Positions 7,598-17,431 of a DNA stretch of 32,000 nt are shown here, one piece after another. The DNA is from Xylanibacter ruminicola 23 (GTDB taxonomy: Bacteria > Bacteroidota > Bacteroidia > Bacteroidales > Bacteroidaceae). A model generated the notes under the pieces. It saw nothing but the letters and a program-made list of their open reading frames with translations. It did not search any database and was not told where the DNA came from. Made by a program: the position numbers and the translations under genes. The stretch is taken from assembly GCF_000025925.1 (NCBI RefSeq), contig NC_014033.1, positions 2,670,001 to 2,702,000 on the forward strand, in the 5' to 3' direction. The first letter of the stretch is position 1. Each line of letters begins with the position of its first letter.

Positions 7598-10500
7598 ATG
7601 AACAAAACTATTAGAAAAACAGCGCTATTGGTGGGCGCATTCTCCCTTTGGGGATTGTGTTGTCCGCCTCACGCCTATGCCGCCGAAGCTCCTCAGGAGG
7701 TTCAGCAGGCAACGAAGAAGATTACAGGTACTGTAGTTGACGCTATGGGACCTGTTATCGGTGCCAGTGTTGTTGTGAAAGGAACCACGAACGGTGTTGC
7801 CACCGATTTCGACGGAAACTTCACGCTAAACGCCAGTCCGGGCCAGACACTGGTTGTCTCCTACATCGGCTATCTGTCCAAGGAGGTAAAGGTAACTGCC
7901 AACAAGACCAGTTATCAGATTACCATCGAGGAAGACAAGCAGATGCTTGAGGAGGTTGTGGTTATCGCTTATGGACAGCAAAAAAAGGTAACCATTACAG
8001 GTGCCGTCTCTGCAGTTGGTGGCGACGAACTGCTGAAAGCACCTGTGGCCAACGTGAGCAATGCCTTGCAAGGTAAGTTGCCAGGTATCTCGGTAGTACA
8101 ACCTTCAGCCATGCCTGGTGCCGACGACCCAGTGATCCGTGTGCGTGGTACTGGTTCGCTGAACAGTGCCGACCCTCTGGTACTGGTGGATGGTGTAGAG
8201 CGTTCGTTCGGACAGCTCGACCCCAACGAAATCGAAGACATCTCGATTCTGAAAGATGCATCAGCTACAGCCGTATTCGGTGTGCGTGGTGCTAACGGTG
8301 TGATTCTTGTAACCACCAAGCGTGGTAGTACAGGAAAAGCTTCGGTATCGGTAACAGCAAGCACTGCCATTCAGCAGATTTCAAAATTCGTAGATTTCGC
8401 AGATTCTTATACCTATGGTAAGATGTGGAACTACACGGCTATCACCGATGCTCTCCCAATGAGCCAGTGGCCCGGAACGGTTAACATCACCGACTATACA
8501 CCTTATGCCAATACCGGTATCCGTTTCAATCAGGACGTGATGGAGCACTTCCGCACCGGCGACATGCCTGTCACATTCCCCAATACCGATTGGATTAAGT
8601 ATATGATGAAAGATGCCGCATGGCAGGAACAGGTGAACGTGAACGTGAAAGGCGGTACCGACAAGGTGAAATACTTCGTTTCGGCTGGTTTCTTGAATCA
8701 GAACTCACTCTTTAAGACTTTCTCAAAGAATGATGACGAAACCTTTAAATACAATCGTTTCAACTATCGTGCCAACCTGGATATCAACGTATCAAAGTAC
8801 AGTCAGCTTGCACTGACCTTAGGCGGACGTGTACAGAACCGTACCACCATGGGTGGTGGCGAGGGATTCATCTTCCGCTATCTGCAGGGTGCAACACCTT
8901 ATGCTGGTATCGGTGTTGACGACCAAGGCCGTCATATCGTAGCCGACAACAACATCGTTGGACCTTTCGACCGCGATGCACTGTCGAACTATTATGATTT
9001 AGGATATGTACGTGAGAGCACAAACGTTCTGAACCTTGACCTGCAGTATAAACTCGACATGAGTTTTATCACCCCTGGTCTTGACTTCAAAATCAAAGGT
9101 TCGTACAACACCGACTACACCGCTCGCAAGAACCGTCAGAACGGTTTCGGCACAGGTGTGCAGTACGTAGCCACCATCGTTGATGGTAAGGAGGTTCTCC
9201 GCAAAGAAAATATCACATGGACACTGCCTTACAGCGAAGCCAAGTGGGGCAACCGCAACTGGTATGCTGAGGCCAGTCTTAACTACGCCCGCAAGTTCGG
9301 TAAGCACAACGTAGGTGCATTGGTACTCTACAACCAGAGCAAGACCTATTATCCTTGGGATTCTGACGGCAGTTTGTATCAGTCGATTCCAAAGGGTTAT
9401 GTAGGACTCGTTGGCCGTGTAACCTACGACTACGACACTCGCTACATGGTTGACTTCAACATCGGTTACAATGGTTCAGAGAACTTTGCCGAGGGTAAGC
9501 GCTACGGTGTATTCCCATCATTCTCACTGGGTTGGATTCCATCGAGCGAGAAGTTCTGGGAACCACTGAAGAAATACATCGGCTATCTGAAGCTCCGCGG
9601 TTCGTGGGGTAAGGTAGGTAACGATAACACCAACGGTGCCCGTTTCCTCTACCTGCCAGGTGCATGGCAGTTCTACGAGGGTTCGATGACTACCAACCCA
9701 CAGAAACGCGGTGCCAACTTCGGTACCAGTGGTAACTGGCTGCAGGCTGTGAAAGAGCTGACTGCCGGTAACCCCAATGTCACCTGGGAGACTGCCACCA
9801 AGATCAACATCGGTGTGGATGCTGCCTTCATCAACGACCGTCTGAGTGTAAACCTCGACCTATTCTGGGAAGACCGTAAGGACATTCTCGTATCCAACGC
9901 CTCGCTGCTGCCAGCAGTAACCAGTCTGCCTGCCAGCTACGTCAACGAGGGACGTGTAAAGAACCATGGTTATGAGCTGACATTGAAGTGGGCCGACAAG
10001 ATTGGCGACCTGCGCTACAGCATCAGCCCAAGCATTGCTTTTGCCCGCAACAAAGTGATCGACATGCTCGAAGTACCACCTATGTATGAGTATCTGAGTC
10101 GCACCGGTCTGCCCGTTGGACAGCGCTTCGGTTACGAACTCTTTGAGTTCTATCAGGAAGGTTCAGAAGCACGCTATAAGGAGAAGTACGGCACCGACAT
10201 GCCCGACCAGAAGGTGGAACTGAAGTATGGTGATTGCGTATATGTTGACCTGAACGATGATGGTGTGATCGACCAGAACGACCAGAAGCCACTCGGCTAC
10301 ACCGACAACCCAGAAATCACCTGGAGTATCAACGGTAGTCTGAACTGGAAAGGATTCGACTTCTCTATGTTGTGGGTAGGTGCCAATAACGTGAGCCGCA
10401 CACTGAACGGCTACTTCCGCGATCAGTTCGGTTCTACCAACACCTCGGCATTGGCACAGTGGGTGGCCGACAACTCTTGGACCGAGGACAATCGCAATGC

Positions 10501-10795
10501 CATCCTGCCACGTATCTCTTTCGAGAACCGTGTTCACAACAACCGCGATTCACGTGCCTGGGTCATCGACTCTAAATATGTGCGTCTGAAGAACTTAGAG
10601 TTAGGTTATACCATCAACAAACCTAAGTTCCTGCCACTGCTCAACTACGTGAGATTCTATGCATCAGGTCAGAACCTGCTGACATTCGCCGACTTTAAGG
10701 GTAACGACCCTGAGGCTCCTGGACAAGGTCTTGACTTTGGCGTACGCTATCCAATGACACGTGTGTATAATTTCGGCGTACAAGTAAACTTCTAA
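7598..10795 (+). CDS. SusC-like TonB-dependent outer-membrane transporter (first of the tandem pairs)
   Basis: 1065-aa ORF. The N-terminus is paralogous to the 3646-6909 protein (KKITGTVVDAMGPVIGASVV...DFDGNFTL). Plug motifs are present (LEEVVVIAYGQQKK, RVRGTGS, LVDGVER, ILKDASATAVFGVRGANGVILVTTKRG). The protein ends in a terminal F. Confidence 0.95.
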   Translation: MNKTIRKTALLVGAFSLWGLCCPPHAYAAEAPQEVQQATKKITGTVVDAMGPVIGASVVVKGTTNGVATDFDGNFTLNASPGQTLVVSYIGYLSKEVKVTANKTSYQITIEEDKQMLEEVVVIAYGQQKKVTITGAVSAVGGDELLKAPVANVSNALQGKLPGISVVQPSAMPGADDPVIRVRGTGSLNSADPLVLVDGVERSFGQLDPNEIEDISILKDASATAVFGVRGANGVILVTTKRGSTGKASVSVTASTAIQQISKFVDFADSYTYGKMWNYTAITDALPMSQWPGTVNITDYTPYANTGIRFNQDVMEHFRTGDMPVTFPNTDWIKYMMKDAAWQEQVNVNVKGGTDKVKYFVSAGFLNQNSLFKTFSKNDDETFKYNRFNYRANLDINVSKYSQLALTLGGRVQNRTTMGGGEGFIFRYLQGATPYAGIGVDDQGRHIVADNNIVGPFDRDALSNYYDLGYVRESTNVLNLDLQYKLDMSFITPGLDFKIKGSYNTDYTARKNRQNGFGTGVQYVATIVDGKEVLRKENITWTLPYSEAKWGNRNWYAEASLNYARKFGKHNVGALVLYNQSKTYYPWDSDGSLYQSIPKGYVGLVGRVTYDYDTRYMVDFNIGYNGSENFAEGKRYGVFPSFSLGWIPSSEKFWEPLKKYIGYLKLRGSWGKVGNDNTNGARFLYLPGAWQFYEGSMTTNPQKRGANFGTSGNWLQAVKELTAGNPNVTWETATKINIGVDAAFINDRLSVNLDLFWEDRKDILVSNASLLPAVTSLPASYVNEGRVKNHGYELTLKWADKIGDLRYSISPSIAFARNKVIDMLEVPPMYEYLSRTGLPVGQRFGYELFEFYQEGSEARYKEKYGTDMPDQKVELKYGDCVYVDLNDDGVIDQNDQKPLGYTDNPEITWSINGSLNWKGFDFSMLWVGANNVSRTLNGYFRDQFGSTNTSALAQWVADNSWTEDNRNAILPRISFENRVHNNRDSRAWVIDSKYVRLKNLELGYTINKPKFLPLLNYVRFYASGQNLLTFADFKGNDPEAPGQGLDFGVRYPMTRVYNFGVQVNF
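7673..7737. repeat. Right arm of the inverted repeat shared by the divergent SusC paralogs
   Basis: See 6770-6834. Both arms encode AYAA(G/E)APQE(I/V)QQATKKITGTVV. Confidence 0.9.
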
Positions 10796-10816
10796 ACCAT
10801 AGTAATATTGAAGATT

Positions 10817-12838
10817 ATGAAAAAGTTATTTAATTATATATTGGCTTTAGGAATGGCTACTGGTATCTTTTCGGCTTGTGTCGATGATATCAATGTAGGT
10901 AACGCCTTTCTGGAGAAATCTCCTGGTGTCGATGTGAACATCGATACTGTATTCTCCAAGGCCGAATACACCCGAAATTTCCTGTGGAGTGCCTACGGAC
11001 AGATTTACTGCACTTACACATCAGGAAACATGATGAACGGTGCCCCCATCGACGTGCTTTCGGATTCTTATCACTGCTACGTTTCATGGGGCGGTCCCAA
11101 ACAGAGCTACTATCCTGGCGGTTTGACCGAGGATGCTCAGGATACCGAGGATGGTAACTTCCAGGGAAAATTCTCTTATTCAACCAAGAGTGGTCTGGAC
11201 AGCGATGCTGGTGGTCGCGTTTCAATCTATGAGACCGTACGCAAGTGCTGGCAGATTATCGAGAATATCGACCGTGTGCCCGACATGCAGGAAGCCGAGA
11301 AGAGCCGTCTGCGTGGTGAGGCCTATACCATTATGGCCAGCCGCTATTTCGACGCTTTCCGCAATTTCGGTGGTCTGTGCTTAGTAAAGAAGGCATACCC
11401 TGTTGGCGAGAACTTTACCGAAGGTCGTGCTACCGCCTTCCAGACCGTAGAGTTCATCGACTCACTGATACAGTGTGCTATCAACGAGCCTGGCTACATC
11501 TGGAATATTCCTGATGCCGACATCGGTCAGTGGTCAGGACGCCTGACACGTGCCTCAGCCCGTGCTCTGCGTGCCAAGGTGTGGATGTTTGCCGCTTCAC
11601 CACTGTTCAACAACGACAAGCCTTATCTGACCTACGACAAGAAGCCTACCGGTTTTGAGAACGAGGAGCATATCTGGTTTGGCAAGAAAGATCCCTCACT
11701 GTGGAACCGCTGCTTGAAATATTGCGATGAGTTCTTTGCCGACAATGCAACTAACGGCAACTACTATCAGCTGATACAGCCTGCCACTCAGGATGAGGCC
11801 GGTTACCGCACAGCCTACCGCCGTGCTTACCGTTATCGTAACGATGCTACACACCACGAGAAACTGTTCGACGCACATCCCACACAGTTGATGTCAAGTT
11901 CGGTCAAGGACGGAAACGTAACCAACGGATGGGGCTGGGGATGGGCCGGTTTTGCCCTCGACTGCTATCGCCAGGGTGGTGCCGTTCCTACCAACGAGCT
12001 GATGGAATGCTTCGGCATGCAGGATGGTCGCGATTTCCCATATAGCGACATCTACGGTGCAGGTAAGAATCCTAATGGTGTTGATATCTTTGCCGACCGC
12101 GACCCACGCCTCTATGAGACGATGATGGTTCCCCGCCAGTCGCTGCCAGCCGGTTTCGACTATGCCGGTTTCAAGTATATCGACTCTTGGGAAGGTGGTG
12201 CCATGTACTACGACAAGTCTAACTTCGGTGATGCCGAAGGCGACGATGGTGCTTCACGCTACAGAAAGTTCAAATGGATGCTCGACTATACCAGCGGCAG
12301 AATGGACGACGAGTATATCGGTGTTTCATACATCCGCTTGGCAGAAATGTACCTGATTCGTGCCGAAGCCAAGGCAGAAACAGGCGACCTGCAAGGTGCA
12401 CTCGACGATTTGCACATTGTTCGTAGCCGTGTTGGTCTGGGCCGTCTGGAGAAGATGAATCCAGAACTGAACCTGACTTCGAACAAGGAGAATCTGATTA
12501 ACGAAATCCTCCGTGAGCGTAACTGTGAGATTGGTGCCGAGTGTGGCGACCGTCTGTATGATATGGTACGTCGTATGCGCCAGGATCTCTTCACCAAACC
12601 TCTTCACGAGATCAGAGTTTATCGCCTTGATGCTAACGGCAACCGTCTGACTAGTGGCGACCAGCGCTGGGTAGAGGGAACACCTTGGCCAAAGTTCGAA
12701 TACGAGAAGATTCAGATTGTAAACGGTGCTCGCCGCTGGTGGGATCCCGGTTACTGGACCAACAAGTGGTATCTCGACCCCGTATCTCGTATCGAGATTC
12801 AGAAAGGATATGGACTTACTCAGAATCCTGGATGGTAA
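10817..12838 (+). CDS. SusD/RagB-family lipoprotein
   Basis: I prefer the ATG at 10817 (MKKLFNYILALGMATGIFSAC lipobox) over the track's TTG at 10808. The C-terminus ...GYGLTQNPGW is shared with the SusD-like protein at 15715-17394. It lies 21 nt downstream of a SusC-like gene. Confidence 0.9.
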   Translation: MKKLFNYILALGMATGIFSACVDDINVGNAFLEKSPGVDVNIDTVFSKAEYTRNFLWSAYGQIYCTYTSGNMMNGAPIDVLSDSYHCYVSWGGPKQSYYPGGLTEDAQDTEDGNFQGKFSYSTKSGLDSDAGGRVSIYETVRKCWQIIENIDRVPDMQEAEKSRLRGEAYTIMASRYFDAFRNFGGLCLVKKAYPVGENFTEGRATAFQTVEFIDSLIQCAINEPGYIWNIPDADIGQWSGRLTRASARALRAKVWMFAASPLFNNDKPYLTYDKKPTGFENEEHIWFGKKDPSLWNRCLKYCDEFFADNATNGNYYQLIQPATQDEAGYRTAYRRAYRYRNDATHHEKLFDAHPTQLMSSSVKDGNVTNGWGWGWAGFALDCYRQGGAVPTNELMECFGMQDGRDFPYSDIYGAGKNPNGVDIFADRDPRLYETMMVPRQSLPAGFDYAGFKYIDSWEGGAMYYDKSNFGDAEGDDGASRYRKFKWMLDYTSGRMDDEYIGVSYIRLAEMYLIRAEAKAETGDLQGALDDLHIVRSRVGLGRLEKMNPELNLTSNKENLINEILRERNCEIGAECGDRLYDMVRRMRQDLFTKPLHEIRVYRLDANGNRLTSGDQRWVEGTPWPKFEYEKIQIVNGARRWWDPGYWTNKWYLDPVSRIEIQKGYGLTQNPGW

Positions 12839-12869
12839 ATTCTAATTTAATAATTAAGAGTTAAGAGTT

Positions 12870-15704
12870 ATGAAACTAAAGAACATATTTATATATACCT
12901 TGGCGGGGCTCTGCGCTGCACCAGTGGCAGTTAATGCACAGGTGACACTGAGCGACAAGACATCGCAAAAGGTGGATTTAGGCTATGGTGTACAGCAGTC
13001 GGAGTTTCTGACTACTGCGGCAGCTACTACCATTACAGCCGAAGAACTGCGCCGCACATCAGCCATCAGTCTGGCCGACGCCCTTTATGGTAAGCTACTT
13101 GGACTGAATGCATTCCAGAACACAGGTTTCAAAGGTGAGGAAGGCCGTGGTGCTACATTCAACATCCGCGGTATTCAGACTACTGCCAAGAACGGAACTC
13201 AGATGTATCGTGACGGTCAGATGCAGGATATTCCTGGCGAAGCCGGTATTCTGATTCTGGTAGATGGCATCGAACGTCCTATCGATCGCCTGACAGTAGA
13301 AGAAGTAGAGAGTGTGACCGTACTGAAGGATGCCGCAGCTGTGGCCCTCTATGGTCACGAAGGTGTCAACGGTGTTTTGTTGGTAAAGACCAAGCACGGC
13401 ACCAAGGACGGCAAGTATCACTTCAAGGCCGGTCTTTCGCACAAGATCCAGTTCGATCCTCAGAGTGCCGACATGGTTAGTGCCTACGACTATGCAAACG
13501 CCCTGAACCGCGCTCGTTTGAACGATGGTGGCACTGCCGCCTATTCGGATGCAGAGCTGCAGAAGTTCAAGGACGGCAGCGACCCGTTTGTTTATCCTAA
13601 CGTGAACTGGAAGGACGAAACTTTCAAGAAGACCGCTCACGAGTCGAACGCCTACCTGTCGTTTTTCGGTGGTACCGACAAGGTGCAGTATTACACACAG
13701 CTCGACTATACCGACGGTCGCGGACTCTATAAGAATCCTGATCAAGGTGACTTTAATTCACAACTGAAGTATTCAAAGGCCAATATACGTGCCAATGTCG
13801 ATTTCGAGGTGAGCAGCACCACTCGTGTCAGTGCCAACCTGTTGGGTATCCTGATGGAGACCAACGGTGTGCCCGATGTGAATTCAAACGATGCCTGGTG
13901 GCATCTGTACAAAGTGCCCGCACTGGCATTCCCCATCCGCACCGCAGGTGGTGTTTGGGGTGGTAGTCAGACTTTCGGCGACTATAACCTGCTGGCCAAG
14001 ACCCAGGGACGTGGTTTCATGAAAACCCACCAGCGCCAGATTTGGGCAAACATGACGTTAGAACAGGATCTCGACTTCATCACGAAAGGTCTGAAGTTCT
14101 ATGTTGGAGCCTCTTACGACAACTCTTCGAACACCATCGAAACCCGCTCAAAGGGTTACCAGTATGGTTGGAACTACTATTCAGGTGGTGCCATGCAGGA
14201 AACAGTGATGGGTACCGTGGAGGACAAGCTGGTGTTCAACCACTGGGTTGACTCACAGTGGCGCATCGCGACCTTCAATGCTGGCTTCAGATATGCCACC
14301 CAGCTGAACAATGGTGATAACTTGTCAGCCAATGCCAACTACAATATGAAGAGCGAGATTCGCGATAATCGTAGCAATACCTGGTACCGTGCCAACTGGC
14401 AACTGGCCATGCACTACGACCATGCCAACCGCTTGATGGCCGATGTCGTACTGGCAGCCAACGGTTCTAACCGCAGCTATCCTGCCAAGTGGGCCTTCTC
14501 ACCTACCCTCGGTTTGGGTTATATCTTTGCTAACAACCCAGAGAGCAGCTTCCTTAACTACGGTAAGGTACGCCTTTCGGGTGGTATCCAGCACAGCGAC
14601 TATGTGCCACAGCCAGGTCTTTGGCAGGCAGCATGGGACAGCTCGCACGGACAGTTCTGGTATGGAACAAACTTCGCCAGCTCTTGGGGTGCATTCCTTA
14701 CTCAGTTCCCAACCGACGACTTCGTTCAGGAGACAGCCTACAAGGCTAACATCGGTACCGATCTGAGAATTGCCAACGCACTTGATGTCACACTCGATGT
14801 GTTCTATCAGCAGCGTCGTAACATCCTGGTTAGCGCCAGCTCACTCAACTCAGCAGTAGTAGGTATCCAGTCATCTTACGATGACAAGGGCCGCATTGCC
14901 AGCTACGGTATGGAACTGGGACTGCGCTATGCCAAGACCTTCAGCAACGGACTCAACATCAATGCAGGCGCATCGTTCTCAACAGTCAAGAACGAGGTGC
15001 TGCAGTGGATTGAGACACCGGCTTATCCAAACTTGTCGCGTGTAAACGGTCCTGCCGATGATGAGCGTGGCCTCATCGCCCTCGGCTTCTTCCAGAGCCA
15101 GGAGGAGATCGACAACAGCCCCGTTCAGCAGTTTGGACAGGTAAAGGTGGGTGACATTAAATATAAAGATGTGAATGGTGACAACGTCATCAACGAGAAC
15201 GACTTTGTAGCTCAGGATTACGGCAATGCCTTCCCAGCACTCAACTACGCCTTTACACTTGGTGCAGAGTACAAGGGCTTTGGTATCAACGCCACCTTCC
15301 AGGGTGCAGGTCATCAGGTTAAGAACCTTCGCTATGTTGACGGTGTTTGGGGTGCACTCTCCGATAACCGCAACCTCTCTCAGGAGTATTACAACAACTG
15401 TTTCGACGTTGCTGGAGCCAATGCCAAGTATCCACGCCTTTCGACAGAGAACGTGGCCAACAACGCCCAGAACTCTACCATCTGGTATCGCAACGTCAAC
15501 TGGCTGAAGCTGCGCGACTGCGAGGTGTACTACAAGTTGCCCGCCTGCGTGGTTGAACCACTGAAGATTACATGTGCCCGTCTGTTTGTCCAGGGACAGA
15601 ACCTGCTGTCGTTCGACAATATCGCAGCCATGGATGCCGAGAATCTGAACACAGGCTACCCTGTGATGAAGAGTGTTAATATTGGTCTTTCAGTACAATT
15701 CTAA
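12870..15704 (+). CDS. Second SusC-like TonB-dependent transporter, lacking the N-terminal carboxypeptidase-regulatory-like extension
   Basis: 944-aa ORF. The signal peptide (…PVAVNAQ) runs straight into TonB-box/plug sequence (KVDLGYGVQQSEF...ITAEEL...FNIRGI...LVDGIERP...VLKDAAAVALYGHEGVNGVLLVKTKHG). There is no KKITGTV...DFDGNF segment. The protein ends in a terminal F. Confidence 0.9.
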   Translation: MKLKNIFIYTLAGLCAAPVAVNAQVTLSDKTSQKVDLGYGVQQSEFLTTAAATTITAEELRRTSAISLADALYGKLLGLNAFQNTGFKGEEGRGATFNIRGIQTTAKNGTQMYRDGQMQDIPGEAGILILVDGIERPIDRLTVEEVESVTVLKDAAAVALYGHEGVNGVLLVKTKHGTKDGKYHFKAGLSHKIQFDPQSADMVSAYDYANALNRARLNDGGTAAYSDAELQKFKDGSDPFVYPNVNWKDETFKKTAHESNAYLSFFGGTDKVQYYTQLDYTDGRGLYKNPDQGDFNSQLKYSKANIRANVDFEVSSTTRVSANLLGILMETNGVPDVNSNDAWWHLYKVPALAFPIRTAGGVWGGSQTFGDYNLLAKTQGRGFMKTHQRQIWANMTLEQDLDFITKGLKFYVGASYDNSSNTIETRSKGYQYGWNYYSGGAMQETVMGTVEDKLVFNHWVDSQWRIATFNAGFRYATQLNNGDNLSANANYNMKSEIRDNRSNTWYRANWQLAMHYDHANRLMADVVLAANGSNRSYPAKWAFSPTLGLGYIFANNPESSFLNYGKVRLSGGIQHSDYVPQPGLWQAAWDSSHGQFWYGTNFASSWGAFLTQFPTDDFVQETAYKANIGTDLRIANALDVTLDVFYQQRRNILVSASSLNSAVVGIQSSYDDKGRIASYGMELGLRYAKTFSNGLNINAGASFSTVKNEVLQWIETPAYPNLSRVNGPADDERGLIALGFFQSQEEIDNSPVQQFGQVKVGDIKYKDVNGDNVINENDFVAQDYGNAFPALNYAFTLGAEYKGFGINATFQGAGHQVKNLRYVDGVWGALSDNRNLSQEYYNNCFDVAGANAKYPRLSTENVANNAQNSTIWYRNVNWLKLRDCEVYYKLPACVVEPLKITCARLFVQGQNLLSFDNIAAMDAENLNTGYPVMKSVNIGLSVQF

Positions 15705-15714
15705 GAACTGACAT

Positions 15715-17394
15715 ATGAAACGTATAAATTATTTCTTGCTTAGCGCTTTTCTGTGTGGCTTCCTGACTTCTTGTGCGGATCTTTCCTACACAGAAGAGAC
15801 AAACCGCAACGAGGAGTGGACTTACACCTATTTTGCGAATGGCATCAAGAACCTGGTGTTCGATGTCTATGCGCAGGTATATAATAATGAGTTTGACTCT
15901 AATAGTGCCTACTTCCTGGCCAGTGCTACCGACGAGGCCCAGTATGCACTCGAGACAGGCGCCGTAAACAACTATGTAAATGGCGGATGGAGCCCAGCCA
16001 ATCCTTACGACAGGACCTGGACAAAAGCCTATACAGCCATCGCCGATGTGAACATGTATCTGGAGAAGATAGATGAAACCGACATTTCCGACTGGCAGTA
16101 TAACAGCGACTATCCCAAATGGGTAGCTCAGATGGAACTGTTCCCTTATGAGTTGCGTTTCCTCAGAGCCTACTTCTATTTTGAGTTGTTCAAGACCTAT
16201 GGCGATGTGCCTCTGGTAACCACGACGCTTACTAATGCACAGGCCAATAACATCAAGCGTACGCCTGCCGATGAGATTGTGAAGTTTATCGTGGATGAGT
16301 GCGATGCGGTTGCACCCTATCTGCCAGAATCCTACACCACCGAGGTCGAGGCAGAGATTGGCCGTGCCACCCGCATAGCTGCATTCGCCCTGAAAGCACG
16401 CACCCTGCTTTACGCTGCATCACCTCTGCACAACCCCAATGGCGACAAGACCAAATGGGCCAAGGCAGCCGAGGCTTGTAAGTACATCCTCGACAATGCT
16501 TCGGCATGGGGCTTGAAGCTCAGCACCTACAACACGTTGTGGGGACACGATGCCTTCTTCAATACCGAACTCATCTTCGGTATCGGACGTGGCGACGACA
16601 ATGCTTTCGAGATGGCTAACTATCCTATCGGTGTAGAGAACGGCTCATCGGGCAACTGTCCTACACAGAGTCTGGTCGATCAGTATGAGTATCAGAACAA
16701 TGGTGAGACTTTTGCTCAGCGTCATCCTGGCAACATCAATCTCAGCGAAGAGGATCCATACGAAGGACTTGATCCACGCTTTGCACTTACAGTTGTAAAG
16801 AATGGCGATGAATGGCCTAGCAATGGTGCTCAGAAGAAAACCATCGAGACCTTTATCGGAGGTTTCAATGCAGCTCCTAAGTATGGTGCCACACCAACAG
16901 GTTACTATCTGAAGAAGTACGTCGATGGCTCTTGCGTTACCACAGCTGATAACCAGACACGTCGCCGTCACACTTGGATTGTATTCCGTTTGGGTGAGTT
17001 CTATCTCGACTTTGCCGAGGCAGCCTTCAATGCCACAGGCAGTGCCAACGATAAGACCTTCGGCATTAGTGCTAATGATGCCATCAACGTGCTGCGTACA
17101 CGTGCCGACATCAACATGCCAAAGTTCAAGGAGGATGGCGACGCTTGGGTAGAACGCTATGAGCGCGAGCGCCTGGTAGAGCTGGCATTCGAGAACCATC
17201 GTTTCTGGGATGTACGCCGCTGGAAGAAGGGTGCACAGTACTTTAAGACCATTCAGGTGGCTACCATCGACAGCAATCTGAATCTAACCCGCTCAACTGT
17301 TACCCGCCAGTGGGACGACAAGTATTATTTCTATCCCATCCCACAGTCGGAACTGAAGAAGAATCCTAACCTGACTCAGAATCCTGGATGGTAA
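15715..17394 (+). CDS. Second SusD/RagB-family lipoprotein
   Basis: 559-aa ORF with lipobox FLCGFLTSC. It has a SusD-like core (FLRAYFYFELFKTYGDVPL) and the C-terminal ...NPNLTQNPGW. It lies 10 nt downstream of a SusC-like gene. Confidence 0.9.
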   Translation: MKRINYFLLSAFLCGFLTSCADLSYTEETNRNEEWTYTYFANGIKNLVFDVYAQVYNNEFDSNSAYFLASATDEAQYALETGAVNNYVNGGWSPANPYDRTWTKAYTAIADVNMYLEKIDETDISDWQYNSDYPKWVAQMELFPYELRFLRAYFYFELFKTYGDVPLVTTTLTNAQANNIKRTPADEIVKFIVDECDAVAPYLPESYTTEVEAEIGRATRIAAFALKARTLLYAASPLHNPNGDKTKWAKAAEACKYILDNASAWGLKLSTYNTLWGHDAFFNTELIFGIGRGDDNAFEMANYPIGVENGSSGNCPTQSLVDQYEYQNNGETFAQRHPGNINLSEEDPYEGLDPRFALTVVKNGDEWPSNGAQKKTIETFIGGFNAAPKYGATPTGYYLKKYVDGSCVTTADNQTRRRHTWIVFRLGEFYLDFAEAAFNATGSANDKTFGISANDAINVLRTRADINMPKFKEDGDAWVERYERERLVELAFENHRFWDVRRWKKGAQYFKTIQVATIDSNLNLTRSTVTRQWDDKYYFYPIPQSELKKNPNLTQNPGW

Positions 17395-17431
17395 TTCTTT
17401 GAAGTATTGAATCATAGAAAAATAGAAAATT

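Noticed and set aside
13095-13745. Long ORFs antisense to or nested within large genes: 13095-13745, 16645-17199, 17477-18085, 18707-19342, 21382-21918, 7969-8370, 2191-2706, 596-1357 and others in the track
   Set aside because: All lie inside genes with strong family motifs on the opposite strand or in another frame. They have no start-site context and low-complexity or odd composition. They are typical shadow ORFs.
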